Below are positions 1 to 9,061 of a stretch of 15,764 bases of DNA, in pieces. The translations under genes were made by a program, and so were the position numbers. This DNA comes from Octopus sinensis. Lineage: Eukaryota. The first letter of the stretch is position 1; each line of letters starts with the position of its first letter. The notes under the pieces are model-generated. The model did no database searches. It was not told the DNA's origin and saw only the letters and a list, made by a program, of their open reading frames with translations. The stretch covers positions 1 to 15,764 of the forward strand of contig NW_021825351.1 in the NCBI RefSeq assembly GCF_006345805.1. Reading direction: 5' to 3'.

Positions 1-232
1 GAGAGGAGAAGAGGGGGGGAGGGGAGGAGAGGAGGGGAAGAGAGGGAGAGAGAGGAGGGGAGGAAAGAGGGAGAGGGGAGAAGAAGGGAGTGAGGGAGGA
101 GGGAAGGAGAGAGGAAAAGAGGGAAGAAGGGAAGGGGAGTAGGGGTGAAGGATGAAGGACTGAAGAAGTAGGGGTCGGGGGGGAAAGGTAGGTGAGGGGG
201 GGAGAGAGAGGGGGTTAGATGAGGAGGGGGGA
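1..232. repeat. Polypurine (G/A) low-complexity tract; pyrimidine-rich on the minus strand immediately 3' of the PLE ORF relic
   Basis: Almost only G/A (gaggag, gggaagg) for about 230 nt, abutting the end of the GIY-YIG relic. Confidence 0.85.
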
Positions 233-233
233 G

Positions 234-560
234 TTTGAGACCAAATGGCGTATAAGAGCGAAGAGAGAAGATTAATTCTTGTTCACGGCGCAAACGGGAA
301 TCCGGATGGCCTCTGTGTAAGGACAACCGCCACAGATAGGTGTTGCAAGGAGTGACCTGTGGAGCGGAAATGGCGTGAGACCGGTGTGTCGTTCACAAGG
401 TGGATGTCACGAAGTTGTTCCGCGAACCGGTCAGCCAAGCGGCGTCCGTTTGTGTCCGATGTACAAGGATGGCAGAGAGAGCAAGAGACGCAATAGATAA
501 TATTGCTGGAGGTGCAGGTGAAGGAGTGGATGATGGAATAGGGTCGATGATGGGTGCTAG
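234..560 (-). pseudogene. Penelope-like element GIY-YIG endonuclease relic (frameshifted)
   Basis: Minus-strand translation HSFTCTSSNIIYCVSCSLC, then LYIG in a shifted frame (ttg tac atc gga, 455-466), then GRRLADRFAEQLRDI..NDTPVSRHFRSTGHS, then in another frame SRLRREQELIFSLRSYTPFGLK. This is the PLE endonuclease layout: IIY-CxxC-YIG, R..EH, HF...H, RE..I..L...P.GLN. Confidence 0.85.
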
Positions 561-577
561 TGAGATATACATATATA

Positions 578-739
578 CGACGGGCTTCTTTCAGTTTCCG
601 TCTACCAAATCCACTCACAAGGCATTGGTCGGCCCGGGGCTATAGCAGAAGACACTCGCAAGGTGCCACGCAGTGGGACTGAACCTGGAACCATGTGGTT
701 GGTAAGCAAGCTACTTACCACACAGCCACTCCTGTGCCT
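578..739 (-). mobile_element. tRNA-derived SINE family A, 5' half (head + CORE-like segment)
   Basis: Reverse complement of the copy at 15563-15725; Pol III box A TGGCTGTGTGG and box B GGTTCAGTCCC on the minus strand. Confidence 0.9.
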
Positions 740-785
740 ATTACCGCTCCTGCGCCTTATATATATATAAGTATTCATATATGTG

Positions 786-985
786 CGTCGTCATTTTCAT
801 CGTTGTCATCGCCGTCATTTTCATCTTCGTCATCATTTCCATCTTTGTCGCCCTTTTCATCTTCGTCATCATCGTCATAACAATCACTATGCAGCCGTCA
901 TTGCTTTTAAACTGATAAACGTGACAGCAATACATTCATCCATCCTCCTCATCCTCCTCATCGTTGTCGACCTCCTCCGTCGTTA
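786..985. repeat. Degenerate (TCA/TCG)n trinucleotide repeat with a repeated ttttcatcttcgtcatc unit
   Basis: Directly visible; explains the Ser/His/Asp-rich spurious ORFs. Confidence 0.8.
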
Positions 986-1159
986 GCATTATTATTAAGG
1001 ACATTCAGTGCAGGATGCATTTTTTGCACAAGTCCTATAAATACGCAAGCGTGTGTGTGATAGAGAGAGAGAGAGAGAGTGTGTGTATGTGTGTGTGGAG
1101 AGAGAGAGAGAGAGAGAGAGATTTCATATGTGTGTGTGCGTGTGTGTGTATATATATTT

Positions 1160-1335
1160 CTCTCCTTTTTTCTCTCCTTGTTTCTCTCCTTTTTTTCTCT
1201 CCTTGTTTTTTTTCTGTGTCCCTTTCTGTAGAAGAGCGTAGGCTCGAAACGTAAAAGACTTTTTCTATTCCTGAGCGTTATACTAATACATCTGTTTGTT
1301 TTGTATACCACCTGTCTTTTTCGTAAACTCTCCCT
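1160..1335 (+). mobile_element. Non-autonomous PLE-pLTR-like element with minimal hammerhead-like motif, flanked by dinucleotide microsatellites
   Basis: TC-rich leader, then CTTT-CTGTAGA-A-GAGC-gtag-GCTC-GAAAC-GTA-AAAG (1222-1257). Similar to the reverse complement of 5718-5920 (gaagagc..gctcgaaacgt...ttcctgagc...taatac). Confidence 0.6.
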
Positions 1336-1350
1336 ATATATATACACACA

Positions 1351-1410
<60 letters not shown>

Positions 1411-1622
1411 AAAAATGGTCCGTTCCATGCTGTTTTACCTTTTCGTTTCTCGTAGTTTTCTACGTCTATTTGTGGTGTCCTGTACACACGTATATATATT
1501 TATATATGCATGTATATATACATTTAGATGTAGGTACGTACATTATGTTTGTATGTATGCATATATTTTATTTATTACACTATATATATATATATATATA
1601 CTATATATATATATTAAATGTT

Positions 1623-1727
1623 GTGACGTATATTGCCAATAAATATGGCTAACCCCTAAGGGTGGATGCTACTGTAGTTTGTAGCCCCTTAGGGGTTAGC
1701 CATATTTAAATGGCAAATATACGTCAC
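1623..1727. repeat. Inverted repeat/hairpin beside (TA)n
   Basis: Perfect 23-bp core TAAATATGGCTAACCCCTAAGGG (1640-1662) vs 1686-1708, extending imperfectly to GTGACGTATA/TATACGTCAC. Confidence 0.85.
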
Positions 1728-1934
1728 GATGTGTTGTAGCTACTGTTTATAACTCGCTCTGAGATTTATTTTTGTATATTGATGTTTTTTTAAATAAATA
1801 TTTGTATTCTTATCTTAAATATATTGAATTCTATACTGTATATATTTATGTTATTATGCTTGTAGTTTTGTTAATTAAATAAGACAATATTCTTATATCT
1901 TAAAGCTGATAAACCAACTAATATAATATATATA

Positions 1935-2284
1935 TGCGTGGTGCCAAGGACTCCAAATTTGCCATCAAGATGTAGGACAAGATACTGTGATAGCCTGGGC
2001 TTCAGAGGCCCACAGCTCTTCAATATCCTCCCGAAGAACCTGAGCGACCTGCATGGGGTGGATGCGGATGTCTTTAAAGTAGGACTGGACCTCTACGTGT
2101 CAGGTGTCCCAGATGAACCAACTTCACGGCAGGAGGTGCAGATGAGGGCAGCTGCATCGAACTCTCTCATGCACCAAATGGCAATTGCTAAAAACCATTC
2201 GTGAAGTAAAATCATGTAGCAACACCAAATGGCGGTGCCCCAGCATGGCCACAGCTCGTGAGCTGAAACTAGAATCAATCAATC
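1935..2284 (+). mobile_element. 5'-truncated LINE (CR1/L2 group): ORF2 C-terminus, 3' UTR stem-loops and (AATC)n tail
   Basis: ORF 1938-2204 reads ..SLGFRGPQLFNILPKNL..VFKVGLDLYVSGVPDEP..RAAASNSLMHQ, resembling the WN/FNxLP...FKxxLD C-terminus of CR1/L2-type RTs. Followed by GGCGGTGCCCCAGCATGGCCACAGCTCGTGAGCTGAAAC (2231-2269) and (AATC)3. Confidence 0.75.
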
Positions 2285-2303
2285 AAATATATATATATAC
2301 ATA

Positions 2304-2538
2304 GAGGGTGAGCCAAAAAGTAGTCCCCATTTTCTGGGAAGTCGTGCCTTTGTTGTTTTGTATGTTGTTGCTGACAGTTTTCAAAGTCACTGAATCTGGG
2401 TCATGCATCGTGTTCATAATACTCTTTGACATACTAAACTCGTTGAACAAAAATGAGGGGTCAAAAGTATCGCCCAATTGGGGAGTCATACATATCAGCC
2501 CTAAAACAGGAATTGGGCGCTACTTTTGACTGAACCTG
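2304..2538. mobile_element. Tc1/mariner-type MITE with TA target-site duplication
   Basis: Left end TA|GAGGGTGAGCCAAAAAGTAGTCCCCA; reverse complement of right end TA|CAGGTTCAGTCAAAAGTAGCGCCCA; TA at 2302-2303 and 2539-2540. Confidence 0.65.
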
Positions 2539-2553
2539 TATGTATCTATGCGA

Positions 2554-2777
2554 GTGTGTCTTTGCGTCTCTGTTCCCTCCCCATTACCGCTCGACAACCG
2601 GTGTTGGTGTGTTTATGTCCCCGTAACTTATGCTATGGGCATAAAGAGACCGATAGAATATGTAGTAGGCTTTTTAAAAAAGAAAAGGTCCTGGGGTCGA
2701 TTTGTTCGACTAAAAATTATTCAAGGCGGTGCCCCAGTATGGCCGCTGTTAAGTGATTGGAACAAAAGAATAAAAGA
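2554..2777 (+). mobile_element. SINE family A, 3' half (diverged)
   Basis: gacaaccggtgttggtgtgtttatgtccccgtaac...ggggtcgatttgttcgactaaa...ggcggtgccccagtatggccgc...aaaagaataaaaga matches the reverse complement of about 2786-2985. Confidence 0.85.
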
Positions 2778-2785
2778 TATATACA

Positions 2786-3173
2786 TACTCTTTTACTTGT
2801 TTCAGTCATTTGACTGCGGCCATGCTGGAGCACCGCCTTTAGTCAAGCAAATCGACCCCGGGACTTATTCTTTGTAAGCCCAGTACTTATTCTATCGGTC
2901 TCTTTTGCCGAACCGCTAAGTAACGGGGACATAAACACACCAGCATCGGTTGTCAAGCAATGCTAGGGGACAAGCACAGACACACAAACACACACACGCA
3001 TATATAGATATACATATATACGACAGGCTTCTTTCAGTTTCCGTCTACCAAATCCACTCAGAAGGCTTTGGTCGGCCCGAGGCTATAGTAGAAGACATTC
3101 GCCCAGGGTGCCACGCAGTGGGACTGAACCCGGAACCATGTGGTTGGTAAACAAGCTACTTACCACACAGCCA
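2786..3173 (-). mobile_element. Near full-length SINE family A (tRNA head, CORE-like segment, internal (TA/TG)n, distal domain, LINE-like tail)
   Basis: Colinear with 8323-8715; box A/B at the right end; GGCGGTGCTCCAGCATGGCCGCAGTCAAATGACTGAAACAAGTAAAAGA tail at the left end. Confidence 0.92.
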
Positions 3174-3324
3174 TGCGTGTGTGTAGATAAATAGATTGAT
3201 ATACATACATGCATACACTTAAATATATTTATGCGTTGTGTGTATATATATACATAAAGGGGTGGCCTATTAAATTCGGTGCCCTTGCTGAAATATATGA
3301 TGCAAATGTATGTATATGACCCTC

Positions 3325-3341
3325 TGTGTGTGTGTGTATAC

Positions 3342-3372
<31 letters not shown>

Positions 3373-3488
3373 TGTGCGTGTGTGTGTGCCAAAGTGGTGT
3401 TTCGGGGGTGGGGGTTCAAAGAAAATATCAAATATCAAAGCGGGAGAAATAATGCTAGCGTCGAAAGTGGTGGTGGTGTTAGTAGTAC

Positions 3489-3527
<39 letters not shown>

Positions 3528-3609
3528 CAGTAGTAGTAGTAGTAGTAGTAGTTGTGATGGTGGTTGTGCCTGCAGCAGCAGTGTTTCGGTGCTCGTTGCC
3601 CTTCATATG

Positions 3610-3646
<37 letters not shown>

Positions 3647-3937
3647 AAGTATGTGTATAGGTATGTATGTGTCGAAACGAATGTATATACAATTGTGTGT
3701 GTATGTGTATAAACAAACACACCCGCACACACACCACATATATATATGTGCACGTACATATAATATTATATATATAATATATAATATAATATATATAATA
3801 TATATATATATATATGCTGCTGATGTACATATACATCTGTTGATACACACACATACATATATATACACATATATATATGCTGGTGTGTGTGTGTGTATAT
3901 ATATATATATATTATATATATACACACATATATATAT
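3325..3937. repeat. Compound microsatellites (TG)n, (GTA)n, (TA)n, (CA)n
   Basis: Directly visible, e.g. (GTA)n at about 3482-3550. Confidence 0.9.
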
Positions 3938-4203
3938 CGCATAAGTTGATGGGGTTGGACTCAACTGATGGTGGTCGTGGCGAATTCTTGCAAGTGGTGC
4001 TTGTTGTTGTTGTTGCTTAGTGGTGGTGGTTGGGCCTCTGCAAGTGTTACCGGTGCTGGTGGTGGTGGTGGTGGTGGTGGTGGAAATGAAGGTTACCAAC
4101 CTACCCCGTACCCGTCCAACCACCCACGATCCTTACCCCACAAGGCCTCCCAGTATCTCGCTGGCTGAATGATATCGCAGTCGCGGTCGCAGCTACAAGG
4201 ACG

Positions 4204-5125
4204 ATGGAGGAGGTGATAGTGGTGGTGGTAGTGATGGTGGTAGTAATGGTGGTGGTAGTGGTGGTGGTAGTAATGGTGGTAGTGATGGTGGTGGTGGTGG
4301 TGGTGATGACGATGGCAGTGGAAGCAGTGTTGACGTGGGTAGTGGTGGTGATCGTCGTAATGCTGGTGGTGATGATGATGGTGGATTTACTCGAAATGAT
4401 AGTGGTGCCAGTGGAAGTTGTGGAAGCAATGCGGGTGGTGGTGGTGGTGGTGGTAGTGGTAGTTGTTGTGGTGGTGGTGATAGAATGTAGAAGTGCAGGT
4501 GATGGTTGATGTAGTGGAGGTGGTTGTAGTGGCGGTTGTGATTCTGATGGTGAAAATGGATGTAGTGTAAGCGTTGGTGGTGGTGATGTCGGTGGTAGTA
4601 GTGGTGATGGTGTTGGTGGTGGTGGTGGGGTGGTGTGTGGTGGTGGTGGTAGTGGTGGTGGTGGTGGTGGTGGTGGAGGTGGTGGTGGTGGAGGTGGTGG
4701 TGGTGGTGGTGGTAGTAGTGGTGGTGGCTGTAGTGGTGATGGTGTTGGTGGTGTTGGTGGTGGTGGTGGCTGTAGTGGTGATGGTGGTGGTGGTGGTGGT
4801 GGTGGAGGTGGTGGAATTGGTTCTGTTCTTTGGTCTTTGCGGCGGTGTGGTGGCGTTAATAGTTGTTTCGAAGCTGGCGGTGGCGATGTTAATGGTGATG
4901 ACGGTTGTATAGGTAGTAGTTGCGAGGGGTGATGGTGGGCACAACAGCAGTGGCCAATATTTATGGTTGTACCGGTGGTTGTGTGGTAGTGGTGGCGGTG
5001 GTGGTGGTGGTGGTGGAAGCAGAGTCGTTCATACTGAACAAGATGGTGGTGGAGGGCGGTTGTTGCTATTAGTGATAAGTTGAGGAAAAGCCATAGATAA
5101 CAGCAGCAGCAACAGCAGCAGCAGC

Positions 5126-5180
<55 letters not shown>

Positions 5181-5240
5181 TGGTGTGGTGGTGGTGGTGG
5201 TGGTGGTTGTTAGTGTTGATGTTGGCGTTGATGATGGAGG
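4204..5240. repeat. About 1-kb compound trinucleotide tract: degenerate (GGT)n, then (CAG)n 5101-5127 and (TAG)n 5128-5179
   Basis: Directly visible; yields poly-V/G/P/T/H/Y ORFs in several frames. Confidence 0.9.
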
Positions 5241-5483
5241 TGGGCGGGACACAACGGAAGGGGTTTTAGGGATCGGGGTGGAGGGTGTTTAATCCGGGGT
5301 AGAAGAGAGGGTGGTTCGGTTGACGGTACGTGTGGTTGGCGGTATTTTCTTTTCATCCTGCGTGTTTAAAATTATTTCCCCCCCCCCTCTTAGGGTATTT
5401 TCTATGTGTGTTGAAGGGGAGGGAGATGGGTCGAGTGACAAGGCAAGAAGGACACATTCTTTCAGAGAATTAGGGGATATATA

Positions 5484-5515
<32 letters not shown>

Positions 5516-5649
5516 AATGTACGTACATATATGTATGTATATCTATCTGTCTCTCTCTCTCTCTATATAATATATATATATATACACACACACACACCTA
5601 TATATAATATATATATATTATATATATATATATTATATATATATATATT

Positions 5650-5706
5650 GTGGTGCTCCAGCATGGCCGCGCTTTCGGGCTGAAACATTTTTAAGGATTT
5701 AAGGAT
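5650..5706 (+). mobile_element. Isolated LINE/SINE 3' tail variant in (TA)n
   Basis: GGTGCTCCAGCATGGCCGCGCTTTCGGGCTGAAAC followed by a repeated TTTAAGGA tail; homologous to 2231-2269 and 15189-15240. Confidence 0.75.
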
Positions 5707-5717
5707 ATATATATATA

Positions 5718-5920
5718 GTTAATCCAAACATAAAAACACAAAGAGAAAACACAACAACGCGAGGACGTGGAATAAATATAGTATTATTGGATGCTCAGGA
5801 AAGAAGGAGAGTGTAACGTTTCGAGCGGAGCTCTTCGTCGGAAACATAGGAGAAGGAAAGATCCAGAGAAGGGAAGACAGAGGGAAAAAAATAGTCAAAA
5901 GTACACACGCGGTCACATTT
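5718..5920 (-). mobile_element. Non-autonomous PLE-pLTR-like element with minimal hammerhead-like motif
   Basis: Minus strand CCGACGA-A-GAGC-tcc-GCTC-GAAAC-GTTA (5841-5814); TC-rich leader; 3' end abuts (TA)n; related to 1160-1335. Confidence 0.55.
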
Positions 5921-5928
5921 TGAATATA

Positions 5929-6173
5929 TTCTTTTACTTGTTTCAGTCATTTGACGGCTGCCATGCTGGAGCACCGCCTTTAGTCAAACAAGTCGACATT
6001 AGAACTTATTCTTTATAAGCCTAGTACTTATTGTATTGATCTCTTTAAGGCGAACCGCTATGTTACTGGGACGTAAACACACCAACATCGGTTGTCAAGC
6101 GATTATGGATGGGGGATAAACACAGACACAAATATATACATAAATATGATATATACATCGGGCTATTTCCAGT
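5929..6173 (-). mobile_element. SINE family A, 3' half with a remnant of the head junction
   Basis: cttttacttgtttcagtcatttgacggctgccatgctggagcaccgcctttagtc... matches 2786-3030. Confidence 0.85.
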
Positions 6174-6187
6174 ACTGAACCTTTCAG

Positions 6188-6249
6188 GGCGGTGCTCCAG
6201 GATGGCCGCAGTCAAATGACTGAAACAAGTAAAAGAATAAAAGAAAGAA
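6188..6249 (+). mobile_element. SINE family A tail
   Basis: ggcggtgctccaggatggccgcagtcaaatgactgaaacaagtaaaagaataaaaga. Confidence 0.85.
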
Positions 6250-6267
6250 TATATATATACAAACTGA

Positions 6268-6451
6268 CCATGTTGGAGCACCGCCTTGAAGGGTTTTTTA
6301 GTCGAAGAAATCGACTCTGGGACTTATTCTTTGCAAGCCTAGCTAGTACTTGTTCTACCGGCCTCTTAGGCTTAGCCGCTAAGTTACGGGGACATAAACA
6401 CACCAACACCGGTTTTTAAGCGATGGTAGTGGGGACAAGCATAAACACAAA
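6268..6451 (-). mobile_element. SINE family A, 3' half lacking the extreme tail
   Basis: ccatgttggagcaccgcc...gggacttattctttg...ccgctaagttacggggacataaacacacc matches other copies. Confidence 0.85.
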
Positions 6452-6469
6452 TGCACACATACATAAATA

Positions 6470-6501
<32 letters not shown>

Positions 6502-6565
6502 ATATATATATATATATATATAATGAAAAGAATGGAGTCGAACGAAGATTTTAACAAAATTCCTT

Positions 6566-6652
6566 TACTTTCGACATATGTTTCGAAGACTGCGTATTCT
6601 TAATTCTGAAGGAATGAAGGTTGCATTATCCCGTCTTCTCACCAGGAAATAC
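6566..6652 (-). ncRNA. Type I hammerhead ribozyme motif with one core substitution, inside a ~250-bp element (6523-6770) bounded by (TA)n
   Basis: Minus strand GUAUUUC-CUGGUGA-GAAGAC-(42 nt)-GUCUUC-GAAAC-AUAU-GUC-GAAAGUA. Helix II is 6 bp, helix III is AC/GU within the palindrome ACAUAUGU, helix I is UUUC/GAAA, and the cleavage triplet is GUC. A6 is replaced by G. Confidence 0.7.
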
Positions 6653-6788
6653 AAGGAACCTCTATCAGCCTCGAGACGAACAAAAGCTTCTTACCGTCTG
6701 CCTACATGGTTTCCACAGTGATGTCGATTAACAGAATTATCCATACTAGGATAATTCATTCATCTACTTAAATATATATATATATATG

Positions 6789-6856
6789 CGGCGGGCTTCT
6801 TTCAGTTTCCGTCTACCAAATCCATTTACAAGGATTTGGTCGGCCAGGGGCTATAT
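6789..6856 (-). mobile_element. SINE family A head fragment
   Basis: cgggcttctttcagtttccgtctaccaaatcca...ttggtcggccaggggctata. Confidence 0.8.
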
Positions 6857-6860
6857 ATTA

Positions 6861-6915
6861 CGAGGGTGAGTCAAAAAGTAATGGCGCCATTTTGTTTAGA
6901 ACAGGTATAATTGCG
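6861..6915. mobile_element. Tc1/mariner-like terminal fragment
   Basis: TA|CGAGGGTGAGTCAAAAAGTA resembles the left TIR at 2304. Confidence 0.45.
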
Positions 6916-6957
6916 TTGTCTCCATTTATTTGGTTTTCGGCCAAGAAAGGAAATATT

Positions 6958-7483
6958 AGGATCTTTTCGGTTTGACCGGCAGTTTTTTCTAGCGGTGTCA
7001 TATGAAACTGTCACCCATAATTATGACCCTAGTTTCGATCTATTGCATTTCAATCTATTTTAGGGTTAGGGTTACGGGTGGGGGGAATGGTATCTTTTTT
7101 TTCTTCAGAAATGTAAATAAAAAATTTTAAACTTCGTATACTGGTAGAATGTGTTTATAAAACATCTTTTTCTCTTGGCTTTATTGAGAAAATTCTAGAG
7201 TTTGTAAGATATTTGTTGTTTTTTTTCTTTAATTTCTGCAATTTCAACCAATCACTGACGTCCATTGAGGTAAAAAAAAACATTCTGTGCCGTATGAATA
7301 TGTCCCTCGTTTAAGAAACAGATTGGGTTTATTTACATTTGTGAAGAAAAAAAGATACCCTTCCACCCACCCCTAACCCTAAAACAGATTGAAATGCAAT
7401 AGATCGATACTAGGTCATAATTATGGGTGACAATTTCATATGACACCGCTAGAAATAACTGTCGTTCAAACCGAAAAGATCCT
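6958..7483. mobile_element. MITE/foldback element with ~160-bp terminal inverted repeats
   Basis: AGGATCTTTTCGGTTTGA...AAATGTAAATAAA (6958-7121) pairs with about 7328-7483, ending TCAAACCGAAAAGATCCT; no clear TSD. Confidence 0.85.
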
Positions 7484-7676
7484 CATAATTAACTGATCCT
7501 CGTTGTATGTTTTTTTTTCACCCAAAGCGAAGAACTTGTTAACACCTCCTCTTGAACACACACAAACACACAGACACGCCCGCACACACACACATATATA
7601 CGTAACACATACATACGTAACACATACATATACACATATATACATATATAAACACGCACGCGCGCACAGAGACAAT

Positions 7677-7707
<31 letters not shown>

Positions 7708-7713
7708 ACACAC

Positions 7714-7885
7714 ACGGCAGTCTTCTACGCTCTTTCCGTTTACCAAATTCCACTTCGAAGACATTGGTCTGTCTGTCTGTGTGTCAACTCATTCACCACA
7801 GCAGAGAATTAAAGAAACACTCGCGAAAGAGACCAATTAAGAAACTGCCTGAAACCGGAACCAGATTCTACGAAGCCAACTTCAG
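7714..7885 (-). mobile_element. Old, highly diverged SINE family A head
   Basis: tttccgtttaccaaattccact..acattggtc...gaaaccggaacca loosely matches the head. Confidence 0.4.
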
Positions 7886-8198
7886 CACCAAACAGCTTTA
7901 CATGAAAGTGACTCGAGGAATAGGACTTGGCTGCTATTTTTAGCATGTCAAACGGCTAAAGAGGTTAATCACGGGCAAATTTGTGAAGGAGTCCAACCAA
8001 GCATTTGCTTCTTGTGTCTGCGTCAGTATTTTCTGAAGTGGTTGACTGATCTGATATTACACGTATTAGAGGAAGGGGGAGAGGGGGGAATGGTAAGAGG
8101 AGAGGAATAGAGGGAGGGAGTGTCGAACAATACGTGTCACTGTGACTTCTGTGTGTGTGTGTGTGTGCGTGTGTGTGTGTGTGAGTGTGTGTGTACAC

Positions 8199-8290
8199 GC
8201 TGCTTTTAAATAAAGCATATTACTCTACCACTGGTATTTGAGTACTCTTTTTTCCACCTTGTTTCACATTTATGTGTTTACTCCGGTATA
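8199..8290 (+). mobile_element. 3' terminal ~90 bp of the pLTR-like element also present at 14728-14932
   Basis: Near-identical reverse complement of 14724-14813; contains AATAAA and ends in (TA)n. Confidence 0.8.
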
Positions 8291-8291
8291 T

Positions 8292-8322
<31 letters not shown>

Positions 8323-8715
8323 TACTCTTTTACTCTTTTACTTGTTTCAGTCATTTGACTGCGGCCATGCTGGAGCACCGCCTTTAGTCGAGCAACTCGA
8401 CCCCGGGACTTATTCTTTTTTGTAAGCCCAGTACTTATTCTATCGGTCACTTTTGCCGAACCGCTAGGTAACGGGGACATAAACACACCAGCATCGGTTG
8501 TCAAGCAATGCTAGGAGGACAAACACAGACACACAAACACACACACAAACATATATAGGACAGGCTTCTTTCAGTTTCCGTCTACCAAATCCACTCACAA
8601 GGCTTTGGTCGGCCCGGGGCTATATAGTAGAAGACACTTGCCCAAGATGCCACGCAGTGGGACTGAACCCAGAACCATGTGGTTGGTTAGCAAGCTACTT
8701 ACCACACAGCCACTC
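8323..8715 (-). mobile_element. Near full-length SINE family A
   Basis: Tail, distal domain, (CA/TA)n linker, CCTTGGGCAAG-like CORE segment, box B and box A; colinear with 2786-3173. Confidence 0.92.
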
Positions 8716-8784
8716 ATTATATATATATGCAAGCATGTATGTAGATGTGCAGGAGAGTATTCATGCATTTATATGTGTGTGTGT

Positions 8785-9061
8785 GGAGGCGTAATGGCCC
8801 GGTAGTCTTAGGATCGCGGTTTCGATTCCCGGACCGGGCGTTGTGAGTGTTTATTGAGGGAAAAACAGCTAAAGCTCCACGAGGCCCCGGCGGCGGGGGC
8901 GAACCCTGCTGTACTCTTTCCCAACAACTTTCTCCCTGTTTCTGTTGTACCCTGTAATTCAAAAGGGCCAGCCTTGTCATACCCTGTGTCATGCTGAATC
9001 TCCCCCTGAGAACTACGTTAAGGGTACGGGTGTCTGTGGAGTGCTCAGCCACTTGCACGTT
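8785..9061 (+). mobile_element. tRNA-derived SINE family C (head appears internally deleted)
   Basis: GGAGGCGTAATGGCCCGGTAG (box A-like) and GGTTTCGATTCCC (box B-like) with abnormally short spacing; body unrelated to families A and B; single copy in the window. Confidence 0.6.

Noticed and set aside
1938-2204. Independent small host gene
   Set aside because: Starts at a (TA)n junction and ends in a retroposon tail; it is a truncated LINE.
4101-5252. 383-aa minus-strand ORF and overlapping Val/Gly/Thr/Pro-rich ORFs
   Set aside because: Trinucleotide repeats lacking stops keep several frames open; there is no domain or splice evidence.
7060-7075. TTAGGG interstitial telomere
   Set aside because: Only about two units, mirrored in the opposite MITE arm; part of the TIR.
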